Positions 14,242 through 26,468 of a stretch of DNA of 64,000 bases are shown in pieces. Source of the stretch: Eledone cirrhosa (lineage: Eukaryota). Every line of letters begins with the position of its first letter. Position 1 is the stretch's first letter. Made by a program: the position numbers and the translations under genes. The notes below the pieces were generated by a model. That model saw only the letters and a list, made by a program, of their open reading frames with translations. It was not told the DNA's origin and did not search any database. The DNA lies in contig OZ024745.1 in NCBI GenBank assembly GCA_964016885.1, positions 52,080,001 through 52,144,000 of the forward strand, written 5' to 3'.

Positions 14242-14332
14242 ATGGTGGCTGCCAACTCGTTTTCGAGTACGGCCACTACGTTATATCCATGTAGGAGAAC
14301 TCCTACCGATGGGCTGAACAAGTGACTTTTTA
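14242..14332 (-). mobile_element. RTE 3' UTR fragment
   Basis: Matches 14840-14930 and resembles the 3' stem-loop at 9286-9328. Confidence 0.7.
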
Positions 14333-14839
14333 CATATATATATATATATATATGTACACACGTCCAGCACAGAGTAGAGAGTTTGACAACAGGTCGATGA
14401 CTTTAGTCTAGATATAGTAATGACATGTGATGGTGGGGTGAGAGTGTAGACGTTATTGTGGTGGCGGGGGACAGTGAGATGTATCTAGTTCATTTGTCCG
14501 TTTTCTTCTCTTTGCAAAATTTGAATTTTACCCATGTTATATTGAGATGTAAGTAAATGTAAAATGTAAAATATAAATAAGGATTGCTCTGGTAAAATAT
14601 ACGAAAATATTTGTATAACTTCCACAAACTTCTGTCGTGACATTCCCGAGTCCAGTGACCAAAAAATTGTTGTATTTTGATGTTTCAGAATACAAAAAAT
14701 TAATTAAAAACTTACCCCACGAAAAGACAGCGTATGTTGTCCTATCTATAAGCTCCCTCAACATCTCACACATACATACATACACACATACATACATACA
14801 TACATACACACATACATACATACATACATACATACATAC

Positions 14840-15043
14840 ATGGTGGCTGCCAACTCGTTTTCGAGTATGGCCACTACTTTATATCTATGTAGGAGAACTC
14901 CTACCGATGCGCTGAACGAATGTGACTTTAGTCCAGCCAGCGACTTGAAAACTCTGGTAAAAACACTACACTTGTGACAATTATTGACCCATAGTGCTAG
15001 GCCCATGGTACCATGTGACGACAAGTGCAGAGAGATCTCCAGA
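14840..15043 (-). mobile_element. 5'-truncated RTE (last C2H2 finger plus 3' UTR) embedded in (CATA)n
   Basis: Translates to [20 protein letters not shown], matching the [10 protein letters not shown] finger of the large RTE. Confidence 0.8.
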
Positions 15044-15089
15044 CATACATACATACATACATACATACATACATACATACATACATACA

Positions 15090-15125
<36 letters not shown>

Positions 15126-15310
15126 TATATATACACATATATATATATATACACATTTATATATATTTTGAGTATATGTTGGTTATTTAACGATACCTCA
15201 GTATGCAGATGGAGCACTCGACGAAGTACGCAGGTTGGATTGGTTACTCCGGAGTAATGTAAAATAATTAAGTCAAATATTTAAAATTTGGCTTCGTTTA
15301 TTAAAGATGT

Positions 15311-15364
15311 ATGCTATATATATTTCGGTGACAGTCATCATTGGCTGTGACCTCTTCAGGCAGT
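15311..15364 (-). ncRNA. minimal hammerhead ribozyme
   Basis: TGC-CTGAAGA-GGTCACAG ccaatgatga CTGTCACC-GAAA-TATATATA-GCA. Confidence 0.75.
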
Positions 15365-15756
15365 CCGAATAGGTGTGGTAGAGACAGGTACACATGTTGT
15401 TGAAGTGTTTTACTCCGTCAATACTCCGATATGTCCATCTCCTGGTTGGGTTGAGTTGTTATTTCTCTGAGGAACTGGAATCATTATTAATATATATATT
15501 GCGGTAGAACACCGGGAGGCTATATGCATAGTAAGTATACCACTCAGTCCATGGAACGATTTCTGTGTAAAGTTAGTTCTATAACAATTAGCAAACCATC
15601 GTCGAGGACACATGTTTCACCTTGCGGATTTTCAACTCGAGTGATGGCAGTTCTGAAAATCGGAAGAGGATATGAAGTTGGCCGACCATGCGCAAGACAG
15701 TACAATTAATTTTGAAAGACGAGTTTAAGTGTATTATTACTAAGATCATTTACTAA

Positions 15757-15950
15757 GGGGCGGTGGATTGGCAGTATAGGTAGAGGGTGGGACACCATGC
15801 TTTGCAGCATAGAGTTACGGCCCTTATCATTCTGAGTTCAAATCCCGCCGAGGTTAATTTTGCCTTTCATCCTTAAGGGTCGATAAAATAAAGTACAAAT
15901 AATGCATTGGAATAATTGCTGTCCTTGGGCCAAAAGTAGAAACAATTATT
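15757..15950 (+). mobile_element. tRNA-derived SINE (Nin-domain-like), near full length
   Basis: A-box-like TGGCAGTATAGG, B-box GAGTTCAAATCCC, and core GCCTTTCATCC..GGGTCGATAAAATAAAGTAC. Confidence 0.8.
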
Positions 15951-16754
15951 ACTAAGAACAATACGACAACGAAGCCAGAGCAGAAGTGCGCGTTGACTAG
16001 GGTTGGCCCAAATGTTCAACCTATGCCAGGGAAAAGGACCCAGAAATACCTCATATAAACGATGCCGATACAAGGGATAAAAAAAGAGGGTTAAACGAAG
16101 AATGCAAAAGTATTTAAAAATAATCGGTGACAGGGAGGAGTGGTAATATGGGCCCTAAACAAATAATTGCTCAATACTTTTGCTTGAAAATCAACCGAGG
16201 TTATCTGGTTATTTAAATACGCGGTCGAAACAACACAGCAGTTGATATTTCGTTCCTGGAATATTAGAAAACTCAGAGACAGTAGTCCAAATCTGGAATG
16301 AAGATCAGCGCTCATCTGCAATGCATCAAATGATATATCATTGATATATGAGACAGAGGTGAAACCCGACAAACGTAAAAATTAGGAGAAGGGTACACAG
16401 TCGTGTGGTTCGGAAGAAGTGAACAGTACCACCGTCAATATGGTGTTGATTTATTTTATAAAGAGCTAAACAATGCTACCATTGCAGCCACGGTATACAT
16501 CGTAGGATTTCCTATGAGAAAATACCAAGACGGGTTTTATGAAAGCAACTCATGTGCAGAATCTTATCAGAATCACCGGCTTTGGATTGAAGATAAAAAC
16601 CAACAACTGAAAGGAAAGTCAATAGTAATTGAAAAAAAAAGGCGCCGCTCACACTTAGAGAAGATGAAATATACTTAGTGGTTTGAGAAAGCAGCTGAAC
16701 AAAATGACGCTGCTGATAAAATACACAGTGCGTTAAAAACTAAAACACTCAAAC

Positions 16755-17270
16755 AAAGATATGTTATTCGTGATTTACTGTTTGCTGTTGATGGTGAAAT
16801 TGTTGAAAGTATCCCTTTCAAGGGCACCCGAATTGATGAAACACGTCTCGCTTGCCTTTAAGGAATTTGGTTTAACAATCAGTACTAAGACGACCGAGGA
16901 AGTACGTAAACGAGGCCCAACTACCCCGAGACACGTAGATCAAGGACAGCAGGGGAATAGACAGCTTCATGTTCTCTTCACTGATGATAGCAAGGTTCTA
17001 AAGTATATAACTCATTTACGTACCTTAATAGGAATATAAACTATTTTGTGTACCTGGATGATAAGAGCGTCAATGACATATCTAAAGTGACTGCCGCCTT
17101 CAGCAAACTACATCATCGGCTATGCGATGTCTGGCCTATATCCCTGAAAACGAAAATTGCAGTTGAACTGACATTTTTTGACGGCTTGGAGTCACGGACA
17201 TTTTATCGCTACCACATCTGTAAGCTTGACGTCTTCCTCAGACAGCTGGTCATGTATTACGGATGAATGA
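16755..17270 (+). mobile_element. highly decayed RTE RT fragment
   Basis: FKEFGLTISTKTT and AAFSKLHHRL..WPISLKTKIAV, preceded by a decayed DLLFA(D)D-like segment. Confidence 0.6.
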
Positions 17271-17383
17271 AGAACGCATTGTTATGGCACTAAAACACCA
17301 CCTTTCGGATCTGAGATATCAACGAATTAACAAGGTACGCGTTATATCACCATGTCTCTTGTTTGTTTCTGTTCCAGTACTAG

Positions 17384-17440
17384 CTGCCTGATGAGATCAT
17401 AACTATTGAATTATGTTTATCACCGAAATATATATTGCAT
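17384..17440 (+). ncRNA. hammerhead ribozyme (same family as 15311-15364), partly decayed
   Basis: TGC-CTGATGA...CACC-GAAA-TATATATT-GCA, with a shared downstream AATAAACGAAG flank. Confidence 0.6.
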
Positions 17441-17492
17441 ATGAATAAACGAAGTTAATTTTAACCTGTTGACTTACACTTCTTGTTTCATA

Positions 17493-18375
17493 TCTATATT
17501 ACTAAATCAGAGAATGTCTGTTTGTTTGTCTGTCTGTCCAATCACTAAAACTCGAGAACCACCCAACCAAGTTTTTTCAAACTTTACACATGTAATACTT
17601 ATGGTCCCGTGCGTATTTTGAGCAAAAATAAATTCAAATGTTCCATGTCCTAGGCACTGCATTAGGCGATTTAGCGATATTTGTCTATAATACTTAGTCT
17701 TTCTCTTTTTAGATAGATACATAGATATAACGTCGCACCTTTAAAATATCTGTCTGTATGCTTGACTGTCTGCATTACGTCATTATGACACGATCAGTGT
17801 GTGTGTCTATATATATGTATATATAGCGTGTATATGGTATATATGGTATATATGGTATATATGGTACCATGGGCCCAGCACTATGTGTCAATAATTGTCA
17901 CAAGTGTAGTGTTTGTACCAGAGTTTTTATGTCGCAGGCTGGACTAAAAAGTCACACTCGTTCAGCGCATCGGTAGGGGTTCCCCTACATGGATATAATG
18001 TAGTGGCCGTACTCGAAAACGAGTTGGCAGCCACCATAGTGTATATATATATATATTCTTATGCCAGGGAACGTATTTCACGAACCAAAGTACCGTCTTC
18101 CTGTTTTACTTCGGCTGCAACGTTTTTCGAAATATTTATATCTGCGTTCACAGATTGATTTTTTTTAGTTTCAGAAGATCCCGTTAAGGTTGAAAGCAGC
18201 GATTCTTTGCTTAAACTGTAATATGTTATTTTAATATAGATATTCGTGTACATATATTTTTGTATACAAAAAAAAACAAAATATAAACAAACAAGGTTGG
18301 CGATTAAATAATCACATGCATCACTGACAGATATATTTGCATACACAAAAACAAAATATAAACAAACAAGGCCAA
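17493..18375 (+). mobile_element. non-autonomous Helitron family A, interrupted by an RTE 3' fragment at 17866-18038
   Basis: 5' A|TCTATAT start and a (TGTC)-rich segment; homologous to the other copies. The family 3' end is seen at 19720-19868. Confidence 0.75.
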
Positions 18376-18448
18376 CGATTGCATCAGTTAGTCTTAGTGT
18401 ACTTCATACTGCTTTTAGGTAGAAGATCCCGTTAAGGGTGAAAGCAGA

Positions 18449-18486
<38 letters not shown>

Positions 18487-18562
18487 CGAAGGAAATGTGC
18501 TAAGGAACCAGGTGGACCATAACGCACCAAAGTACTCAATACTTGAGGTAGTAGAGTGGGTA

Positions 18563-18655
18563 ATAGGAACCAGTAAGACCCCGACAGCTGAGCTCAAGCC
18601 GTTTCGAATTAGCCGTCGAAACGGCTTGAGCTCAGCTGTCGGGGTCTTACTGGTT

Positions 18656-18660
<5 letters not shown>
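18563..18660. repeat. perfect 45-bp inverted repeat with 8-nt spacer
   Basis: 18563-18607 is the exact reverse complement of 18616-18660. Confidence 0.95.
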
Positions 18661-18690
<30 letters not shown>

Positions 18691-18694
<4 letters not shown>

Positions 18695-19687
18695 GTTAAC
18701 ATATACATAAAGTTATAGATATATACATGTTGCAACTGGTCACTTTTAAGCTCTATGAAGAATTAATAAATTAAAAAATCAGAGCAATATATCATAAATC
18801 ATGTCTTTAGAATCATCACATAATAAAATATATAATATTTCTTCTTCTAATTAGCATAATTAACCATATAAAATACCAATTAGAACAAGCTATAAGAATA
18901 AATGCTCTTATGGGAAAATCTCCGACAAATAAACGAACGTCGCCTCTTCGCGGCAGCCTCAATCGAGTATTCATCCAACATTTCGACAGCATGTAGAAAC
19001 TGACTAAATATACCATCAACCATACACAATTAGGTGTAAAATTAAACTTAGAAGAAATGCGCACATACCGTAATTATATCTCTACCATGGTTTCTTCCTT
19101 ATTTTTAGACATCCAAATAATAGGAATGTCCTGAGTTAGGATTCATCAGGAGACAAACTCAAAATCAGACATCTAGTTTTTCAATCCGATCCCGCCAAAA
19201 ATAGATTCAAAAATGGCTAAGAATCGCTATGTGGCTTTGGTGAAGCCAGAGAGAAAGAATGTGATTGGTTGCTTACAGCGGGTAGGCTTGCTGCTAGAAA
19301 GCGCAGCCAAATATCGCCAAATTTAATCTCAACCTATTGGGAGATTATTAAATATAAAGGTTAACATATACATAAAGTTATAGATATATACATGTTGCAA
19401 CTGGTCACTTTTAAGCTCTATGAAGAATTAATAATTTAAAAAATCAGAGCAATATATCATAAATCATGACTTTAGAATCATCAGATAATAAAATATATAC
19501 TATTTCTTCTTCTAATTAGGATAATTAACCATATAAAAGAGCATTTATTCTTATAGCTTGTACTAATTGATTTTTTATATGGTTAATTATGCTAATTAGA
19601 AGAAGAAATAGTAAGCAACCAATCACATTCTTTCTCTCTGGCTTCAGTATATATTTTATTATCTGATGATTCTAAAGACATGATTTA

Positions 19688-19692
<5 letters not shown>
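18691..19692. mobile_element. unclassified ~665-bp unit in partial tandem plus inverted fragments; diverged copy at ~54355-54890
   Basis: Direct repeat starting at 18691 and 19356. Three inverted pieces lie at 19537-19692. Confidence 0.75.
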
Positions 19693-19731
<39 letters not shown>

Positions 19732-19882
19732 GTGTACAGATACTTTTGCATACACAATGAGAAAATATAAACAAACGTATTTATTTCAGGGACTCGATAA
19801 GGATAAATATATATCAAATATATAAAAACGCTAGAGCAAACCTGAGCAACGCCGTGCCATTCGGCCAGTATATATATATATA

Positions 19883-20082
19883 TGTGGTTAGAGAATTGGG
19901 TTCGCAATTGTAAGGTTGTGAGTTCGATTCCTGGACCAGGCGGTGCGTTATGTCCTTGAGCAAGACACTTTATTTCACGTTGCTCCTTCTACCTGGAGTT
20001 GCGACCGATAGATAGTATTAGCAATTGGAAAGACCAACGGAAACATTGTTCCCTCGGTCCGATTTGACGAAAGTCGATCGTT

Positions 20083-20085
<3 letters not shown>
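19883..20085 (+). mobile_element. CORE-type tRNA SINE fragment with attached 3' segment
   Basis: B-box GAGTTCGATTCC and GTCCTTGAGCAAGACACTT CORE-like motif. A second copy lies at 28352-28520. Confidence 0.7.
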
Positions 20086-20150
<65 letters not shown>

Positions 20151-20319
20151 TAGCAGAATGGCACGGCGTTGCTCAGGTTATATATATATATATTCTAAGG
20201 CGGGTAAAATTCCCGAGATCCATGGACGAGTTCTCTCCAGCGGTCTCTGTCCCTCATTTTTGCTGCCATCTCCTGCGTCTCCAATAGACCAGTGTCTATA
20301 TATTGTTATACTTAGGGAG

Positions 20320-23300
20320 GGTCATATTTGTGTAATATTGCCAGAATTAATAACAGAACACACTCACTGTTTGGTTGGTTTTCGCTTTTCGTTTCTGTGT
20401 CTTTTATATCGGTAATCTAATTTATTCGGTCCTCAATGTTACCATTGTCTGACCGACGGTCAAAAATAATACGGATACAAACACATATATATAGTTTATC
20501 AAAGTTTTTTCGTTGCACATCTCCAACATCGTCAGTGGTGCTATTGTTTCCTCCTGTAACATTGTATGTCTACGCCATTTTTATTTAGTCTGTCTATATA
20601 TTTATTAATTTATTTGTTTGTTTGTGTATTTTATTTTGTCTTGTTATTTTGTCTTGTGATGTGTGTTCGTGATTGGGTGACTAGTGTCTGTTTATATGTG
20701 TTTGTTGTTATTGTGCTTGTGTATGTATTTATTTATTTATTTATCTATTTATTTATTTATTTATACTTCTCTTAGGTCAGTGTTGTTTGGGTGTTGTTGT
20801 TATTCCATTCATTCTTTCTGTTTAGTCTTGGCCTTCTAAGTTCTATTTCACTGGCCTCTCTGATTTGCCTATCTGCTGGGTCATTTCTATGTTTAGATAT
20901 TATTCTAATTTCTATGTCGTCTATGTTACCCTCATGTTGTTGTCTAGCATGTTCGTATAGTACTCAACCGTTTTTTCGTCCGTTTAGTTGCCCCCAGTGT
21001 TGGTCTATCCTTTCATCTATGCTACGAGCTGTCTCGCCTATGTATGTTGTTGTCATGTTTCTGCAAGTACCCTCTATACATCTTATGCTATAGACTACGT
21101 TTCTAGTTTTACAGTTTATCCGGGGGTTTACCTTACATATGATACATTTCCTATTAGTACAGTGGGTTTTCTTAAAAGGGTTGGTTTTGCTGATCAGGGA
21201 TTTTATGGTGGTTCCTGGCTTTTCTACCACCTTAATCTTTAAGTGGGTCTTTCTCAGGGTCTTTGTACACTGGTTCGCTAATTTCCCTCCAGGGGTAGCG
21301 TCCGCAAACATGACACTCTGGTATCTCGAGTTGTCGTACCATGAGGTGGTTTTCCCTATCCTATGTCTAGCCCTATCTAAGCTATTCCATGATTTGCTCC
21401 TGTATAATGGGCAAATTCCTTTCATGTCAGTTCTATGAGGGTCTTATACTTCTCCATGGCTCCTTCGTATACTCTGACTATGTCGCTTTGGTTGTAGCCA
21501 GAGAACTGCATGCGGTTGATGAAGTGTTGGATGTGTCTTTCCATTTCTGTTGGTCGCACATGCTGGACACATTCTTCATCACTCATACCAAATCTGCGAT
21601 CAGAATATTAAACTTAGCACTACTGGACATTGCTGAGTTTTTGAGTATCAGGTATTTGGAGGCCATGGGTTTAGCATATGTGAGTGGAGAATTTGGGCTC
21701 TCTCGTCTATAGTGTTAATCCAGAGTTCCGTGTCTAATACAGGTATTCTATTGTTAGGGTGTTTGGAAGGGAAGTCGATAGTTACAGTTATACTCTGGTG
21801 TATGGAATTAGCTATCGGCTGGATGCTTTTCAATTTTGCTACGTTCTAAATCAAACTTGTTAGTGCTCTCTAGTGGGGATGTTCTTATAAGTATAATGAT
21901 ATCGTCTACGTAACGAGAGTACATGATGAGGTCTATGGAGCTCTCATTAAGGAGATCTGTAAGTCTCCTTTCCCACCATACCATGAAAAGGTTGGCAACA
22001 TCACCAGCTATGCTGACGCCAATGGCCGCTCCCTCATTTTGGGTGTAGATCTTCTCGTTGAACTTGAATATGTGGCCCTTTAGGGTAGTTTTGATACTAA
22101 CCCCTATTGCATGTGCGAGCATTTTTCTTACCTGATCATTGTTTTGGGGGGTTCGTATGGCTTTGGTCCACCCAATCCACAGTCCTATGGGAGTCTTTTT
22201 TGCCATTGAGGTTATGGTGGGGGTCTCCCTCTTATGGGTCTACTAGGGCAGACACGTCTAAGGTCATGGCTGTCTAGGTAGTCAGTGTCGTAGGTAAGTC
22301 TAAGTAGGAGGCCTAGTTCGTCTGTGTCGACGTCGCAGAACTCCACCTCACTCTCAATGATTATGTCCACACATTTTTCCGCAGCAAAATCAATGTTAAT
22401 GGATGGGTACAGTGATACCACATCCATGCTGCCTATTATGCAGTTGGATAGGTTGCTGTTTTTGTTGCACTCACTGATTCTGCTGAGGAGGTCCTCTGTA
22501 CTGTCACATACATCTGGGGACATCTTGATTATGGGGCGTATAAACCATTGAGAGGAAGTAAGTGATCCTGTAGTTGCTAGCTATATTAGCTCCGCATACG
22601 GGTCTTGTTGGTGGTCCTGTTGTCGGGTCGTCGACTGTCTTGTGGTCTTTGCGGAGCCCATACAAGGGTGGTATGCCATTGTTAGACGCCTGGAAGTTGT
22701 TGGCAGTGCTTCTGCTTGGCTTTAGGATGTCAGTCCACATCATCATGTGAGCGTTGAGGATTTTCTCTCTCCCATGATGTGTTTGCTGTGCAATTTCGCT
22801 CGTGTTGGTGATGTCGGGTTGCATAGCCTTGATGTAGTTCGGCATGCTATCTATTGACATCCTACCAGACTTATCGGTGGGTAGACATACTACCTCACCA
22901 TCACTTGTGCGCTGCTTGAGGCTAACCAATCCTTCTACAGGTTTCCTCCCAAGTTGTTGGGCCTCTGGTCTGCTCTGTCTCTTAGTATACCGGTCTACTA
23001 TTTGTCTATCTTATTTCTAGCTATGGTGAACTGTGCCTCTGTCTCGTCATCTATTTGTTGTGTTATGCAAACTCTTTTGTTAAAGGGTAACCTCGTAGGA
23101 TAGATATTACCCATCTTATATGTTTTGTCAGCTGGGTTGAAAAATAGTTTCTCTAAGGGGTTGTCATTTTATCTATCGTCAAAGTTGTGTGTGTTGCTAT
23201 TATTGTTATCATGGTGGTTGTTGTTGTTCCTATCATTAGCATTATTATTATTGTTATGATTGCTAGATGTATTGTTGTTTACTTCACCGTTATTGTTGTT

Positions 23301-24420
23301 GTTACTGTTATTTCTACCATTGTGGTTGTTACTTTTATTATGTTTCTTGTTTTTGTTGTGTCTATCATTAATGTTGCTACATGTATTATTTCCATTATTA
23401 CCACTGTGGTTATTGTTGTTGTTGTTCGTATTGTTACCGGTATTACTACTGTGGTCGCTGCTGCTGTGTCTGTGGTTAATGTTTCTATTATTATTATTAT
23501 TATTGTCGTTGTTGTTGTTGTTCTGTATATCGTTAGTATTATTACCATTATTACTATTTCTCACTCTCCTGCTATTGTTATTGTTATGGCTGTTATTTCT
23601 ATACTCAGAGTTATTGTTTATATTACTACTACCGTTATTATTGTTGTTGTTGTTGTTTACTTTTGTATTCCAACGTATTTTTGTGAAACACTTTTCCATC
23701 TCCGCTTTGCACTCAATAGGGTTAATCTTTTTGTAGATGGCAAATTTTGGTAGTAGCTGCAGATTTTGTTGTATACTTGTTCACTGATTAAAGTGTTCCC
23801 ATAAATATTTACTGTGTGGTCATTGGTAAATTCTTCCGGTAGTTTTACATCAGTCATACGGATACTGTTGATGTTATCTGGGTATTTTTGAGAATATTCT
23901 ATTTTCCTTTCTTGTAGTTTTTTCTTATTCATCCATTATAATTTCTTATTGAAATGCCTATTGCATTCGTTTCGGGCGTATTTCGTTTCACGTCGGATGA
24001 CGCTCATGAAGTCATCCCTTTCGTTTGGTGTGGTGAGATTTTGGACTTCCTTACCATTAATGCATTTCTGTCTGTAAAGTTCGTTGACTTTTGTGTATGT
24101 TGTTCTTTTCATATTAACTGTTATTGTGTGTTTTATTCGTTCAGCTTGTGTTTTGTTCAATAATAAATTATTTACTTGTTTTGATATGTTTGTTGTGTAT
24201 ATTTTGTAGGAAACACAGTGTTTCAAGAAGCGGATTTGTTCTGTTGTTATTGTAGTTTTTATATAACAGAAAACAGTGACTTTCAATAATCTTTCAGCTT
24301 GGCAGAAGCTAATGCCATAGCGGCGATGAATTAGTTTTGCGAGGTTTTTTATATGAAATCGTGTGTCGAAACAAATATTGTTATACTTGGGGAGGGTCAT
24401 ATTTGTGTAATATTGCCAGA
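20320..24420 (-). mobile_element. full-length decayed Penelope-like element (RT plus GIY-YIG) bounded by pseudo-LTRs
   Basis: The ORF runs from 24400 to ~20772 with frameshifts and stops. Motifs: PTDKSGR, LYGLRKDHK..PPTRPVC, SMDVVSLYPSI, YSRYVDD, a Cys-rich linker and NVVYSIRC..YIGETAR..R..QH. The pLTR is repeated at 20320-20640 and 24375-24720. Confidence 0.95.
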
Positions 24421-26418
24421 ATTAATAACAGAACACACTCACTGTTTGGTTGGTTTTCGCTTTTCGCTTCTGTGTCTTTTATATCGGTAATCTAATTTAT
24501 TCGGTCCTCAATGTTGCCATTGACTGACCGATGGTCAAAAATAATACAGATACAATATAGACAAAAACACATATATATAGTTTATCAAAGTTCTTTCGTT
24601 GAACATCTGCAACATCGTCAGTGGTGCTATTGTTTCCTCCCGTTACATTGTATGTCTACGCCATTTTTATTTAGTCTGTCCATATATTTATTTATTTATT
24701 TGTTTGTTTGTTTATTTTATTTTGTCTTCTTTGCGCATGCGTTTGCGTGTGTGTATAGTGTTTTGTTTGATGTTTGTTCGTGATTGGGTGACTAGTGTGT
24801 GTTTATATGTGTTTGTTGTTATTGTGCTTGTGTATGTATTTATTTATTTATTTATCTATTTATTTATTTATTTATCTATTTATTTATTTATTTATACTTC
24901 TCTTAGGTCAGTGTTGTTTGTTTGGGTGTTGTTGTTATTCCATTCATTCTTTCTGTTTAGTCTTGGCCTTCTAATTTCTATTTCACTGGCCTCACTGATT
25001 TGCCTATCTGCTGGGTCATTTCTATGTTTAGATATTATTCTAATATCTATGTTTTCTATGTTACCGTCGTGTTGTTGTCTGGCATGTTCTTATAGTACTG
25101 AACCATTTTTTCGTCCTTTTAGTTCCCCCCAGTGTTGGTCTATCCTTTCACATATGCTACGATCTGTCTCGCCTATGTATGTTTTTGTCATGTTTCTGCA
25201 AGTACCCTCTGTAGATCTTATGCTATAGACTACGTTTCTAGTTTTACAGTTTATCCGGGGGTTTACCTTACATATGATACATTTCCTATTAGTACAGTGG
25301 GTTTTCTTAAAAGGGTAGGTTTTGCTGATCAGGGATTTTATGGTGGTTCCTGGCTTTTCTACCACCTTAATATTTAAGTGGGTCTTTCTCAGGGTCTTTG
25401 TACACTGGTTCGCTAATTTCCCTCTAGGGGTGGCGTCCACAAACATGGCATTCTGGTATCTCTGGTTGTCGTACCATGAGGTGGCTTTCCCTAGCTTATG
25501 TCTAGCCCTATCTAAGCTATTCCATGATTTGCTCCTGTATAATGGGCAAATTCCTTTCATGTCAGTTCTATGAGGGTCTTATACTTCTCCATTGTTCCTT
25601 CGTATACTCTGACTCTGTCTCTTTTTTGTAGCCAGAGAACTGCATGCGGTTGATGAAGTGTTGGATGTGTCTTTCCATTTCTGTTGGGTCGCACATGCGG
25701 GACACATTATTCATCACTCGTACCAAATTTGCGATCAGAATATTAAACTTAGCACTACTGGACATTGCTGAGTTTTTGAGTATCAGGTATTTGGAGGCCA
25801 TGGGTTTAGCATAGTGTGAGTGGAGAATTTGGGCTCTCTCGTCTATTGTGTTAATCCAGAGTTCCGTGTCTAAAACAGGTATTCTATTGTTAGGGTGTTT
25901 GGAAGGGAAGTCGATAGTTACAGTTATACTCTGATGTATGGAATTAGCTATCTGCTGGATGCTTTCCATTGTGCTACGTTTTAAATCAAACTTGTTAGTG
26001 CTCTCTAGTGGGGGTGTTCTTATAACTATATTGATATCGTCTACGTAACGAGAGTACATGATGAGGTCTATGGAGCTCTCATTAAGGAGATCTTTAAGTC
26101 TCCTTTCCCACCATCCCATGAAAAGGTTGGCAACATCACCAGCTATGCTGACGCCAATGGCTGCTGCCTCATTTTGGGTGGAGATCTTCTCGTTGAACTT
26201 GAATATGTGGCCCTCTAGGGTAGTTTTGATACTAGCCCCTATTGCATGTGCGAGCATTTTTCTTACCTGATCATTGTTTTGGGGGGGTCCGTATGGCTTG
26301 GTCCACCCAATCCACCTTCCCATGGGAGTCTTTTTTGCCATTGAGGTTATGGTGGGGGGTCTCCCTCTTATGGGTCTACTATGTTTCGACACACGATTTC
26401 ATATAAAAAACCTCGCAA

Positions 26419-26423
<5 letters not shown>
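24420..26423 (-). mobile_element. second, 5'-truncated tandem copy of the same Penelope element, with a short inverted pLTR piece at 26382-26423
   Basis: ORFs 25568..26392 and 25090..25560 are near-identical to copy 1. 26382-26423 is the reverse complement of ~24331-24373. Confidence 0.93.
24578..24630 (-). ncRNA. pLTR hammerhead ribozyme; further copies at 20495-20543(-), 28040-28090(-), 51905-51946(+), 55962-56010(-, mutated core) and 56075-56130(+)
   Basis: Family consensus CTGACGA-TGTTGCA gatg TGCAAC-GAAA-GAACTT. Stem I is weak, with one conserved mismatch. Confidence 0.75.

Positions 26424-26462
<39 letters not shown>

Positions 26463-26468
<6 letters not shown>

Noticed and set aside
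15757-15850. tRNA gene
   Set aside because: The A and B boxes belong to a multi-copy SINE head, and no cloverleaf forms.
18750-18786. SECIS-like or HHR-like ATGAAGA..AAA..AGAG in the 665-bp unit
   Set aside because: The upper stem pairs poorly and the core lacks CTGA/GAAA.
20960-20970. In-frame TGA in the Penelope GIY-YIG as possible selenocysteine (known in some PLE clades)
   Set aside because: The tandem copy has TCA (Ser) at this site and the Cys positions use normal codons. The TGAs at ~45603 and ~26853 also fall at non-Cys positions.
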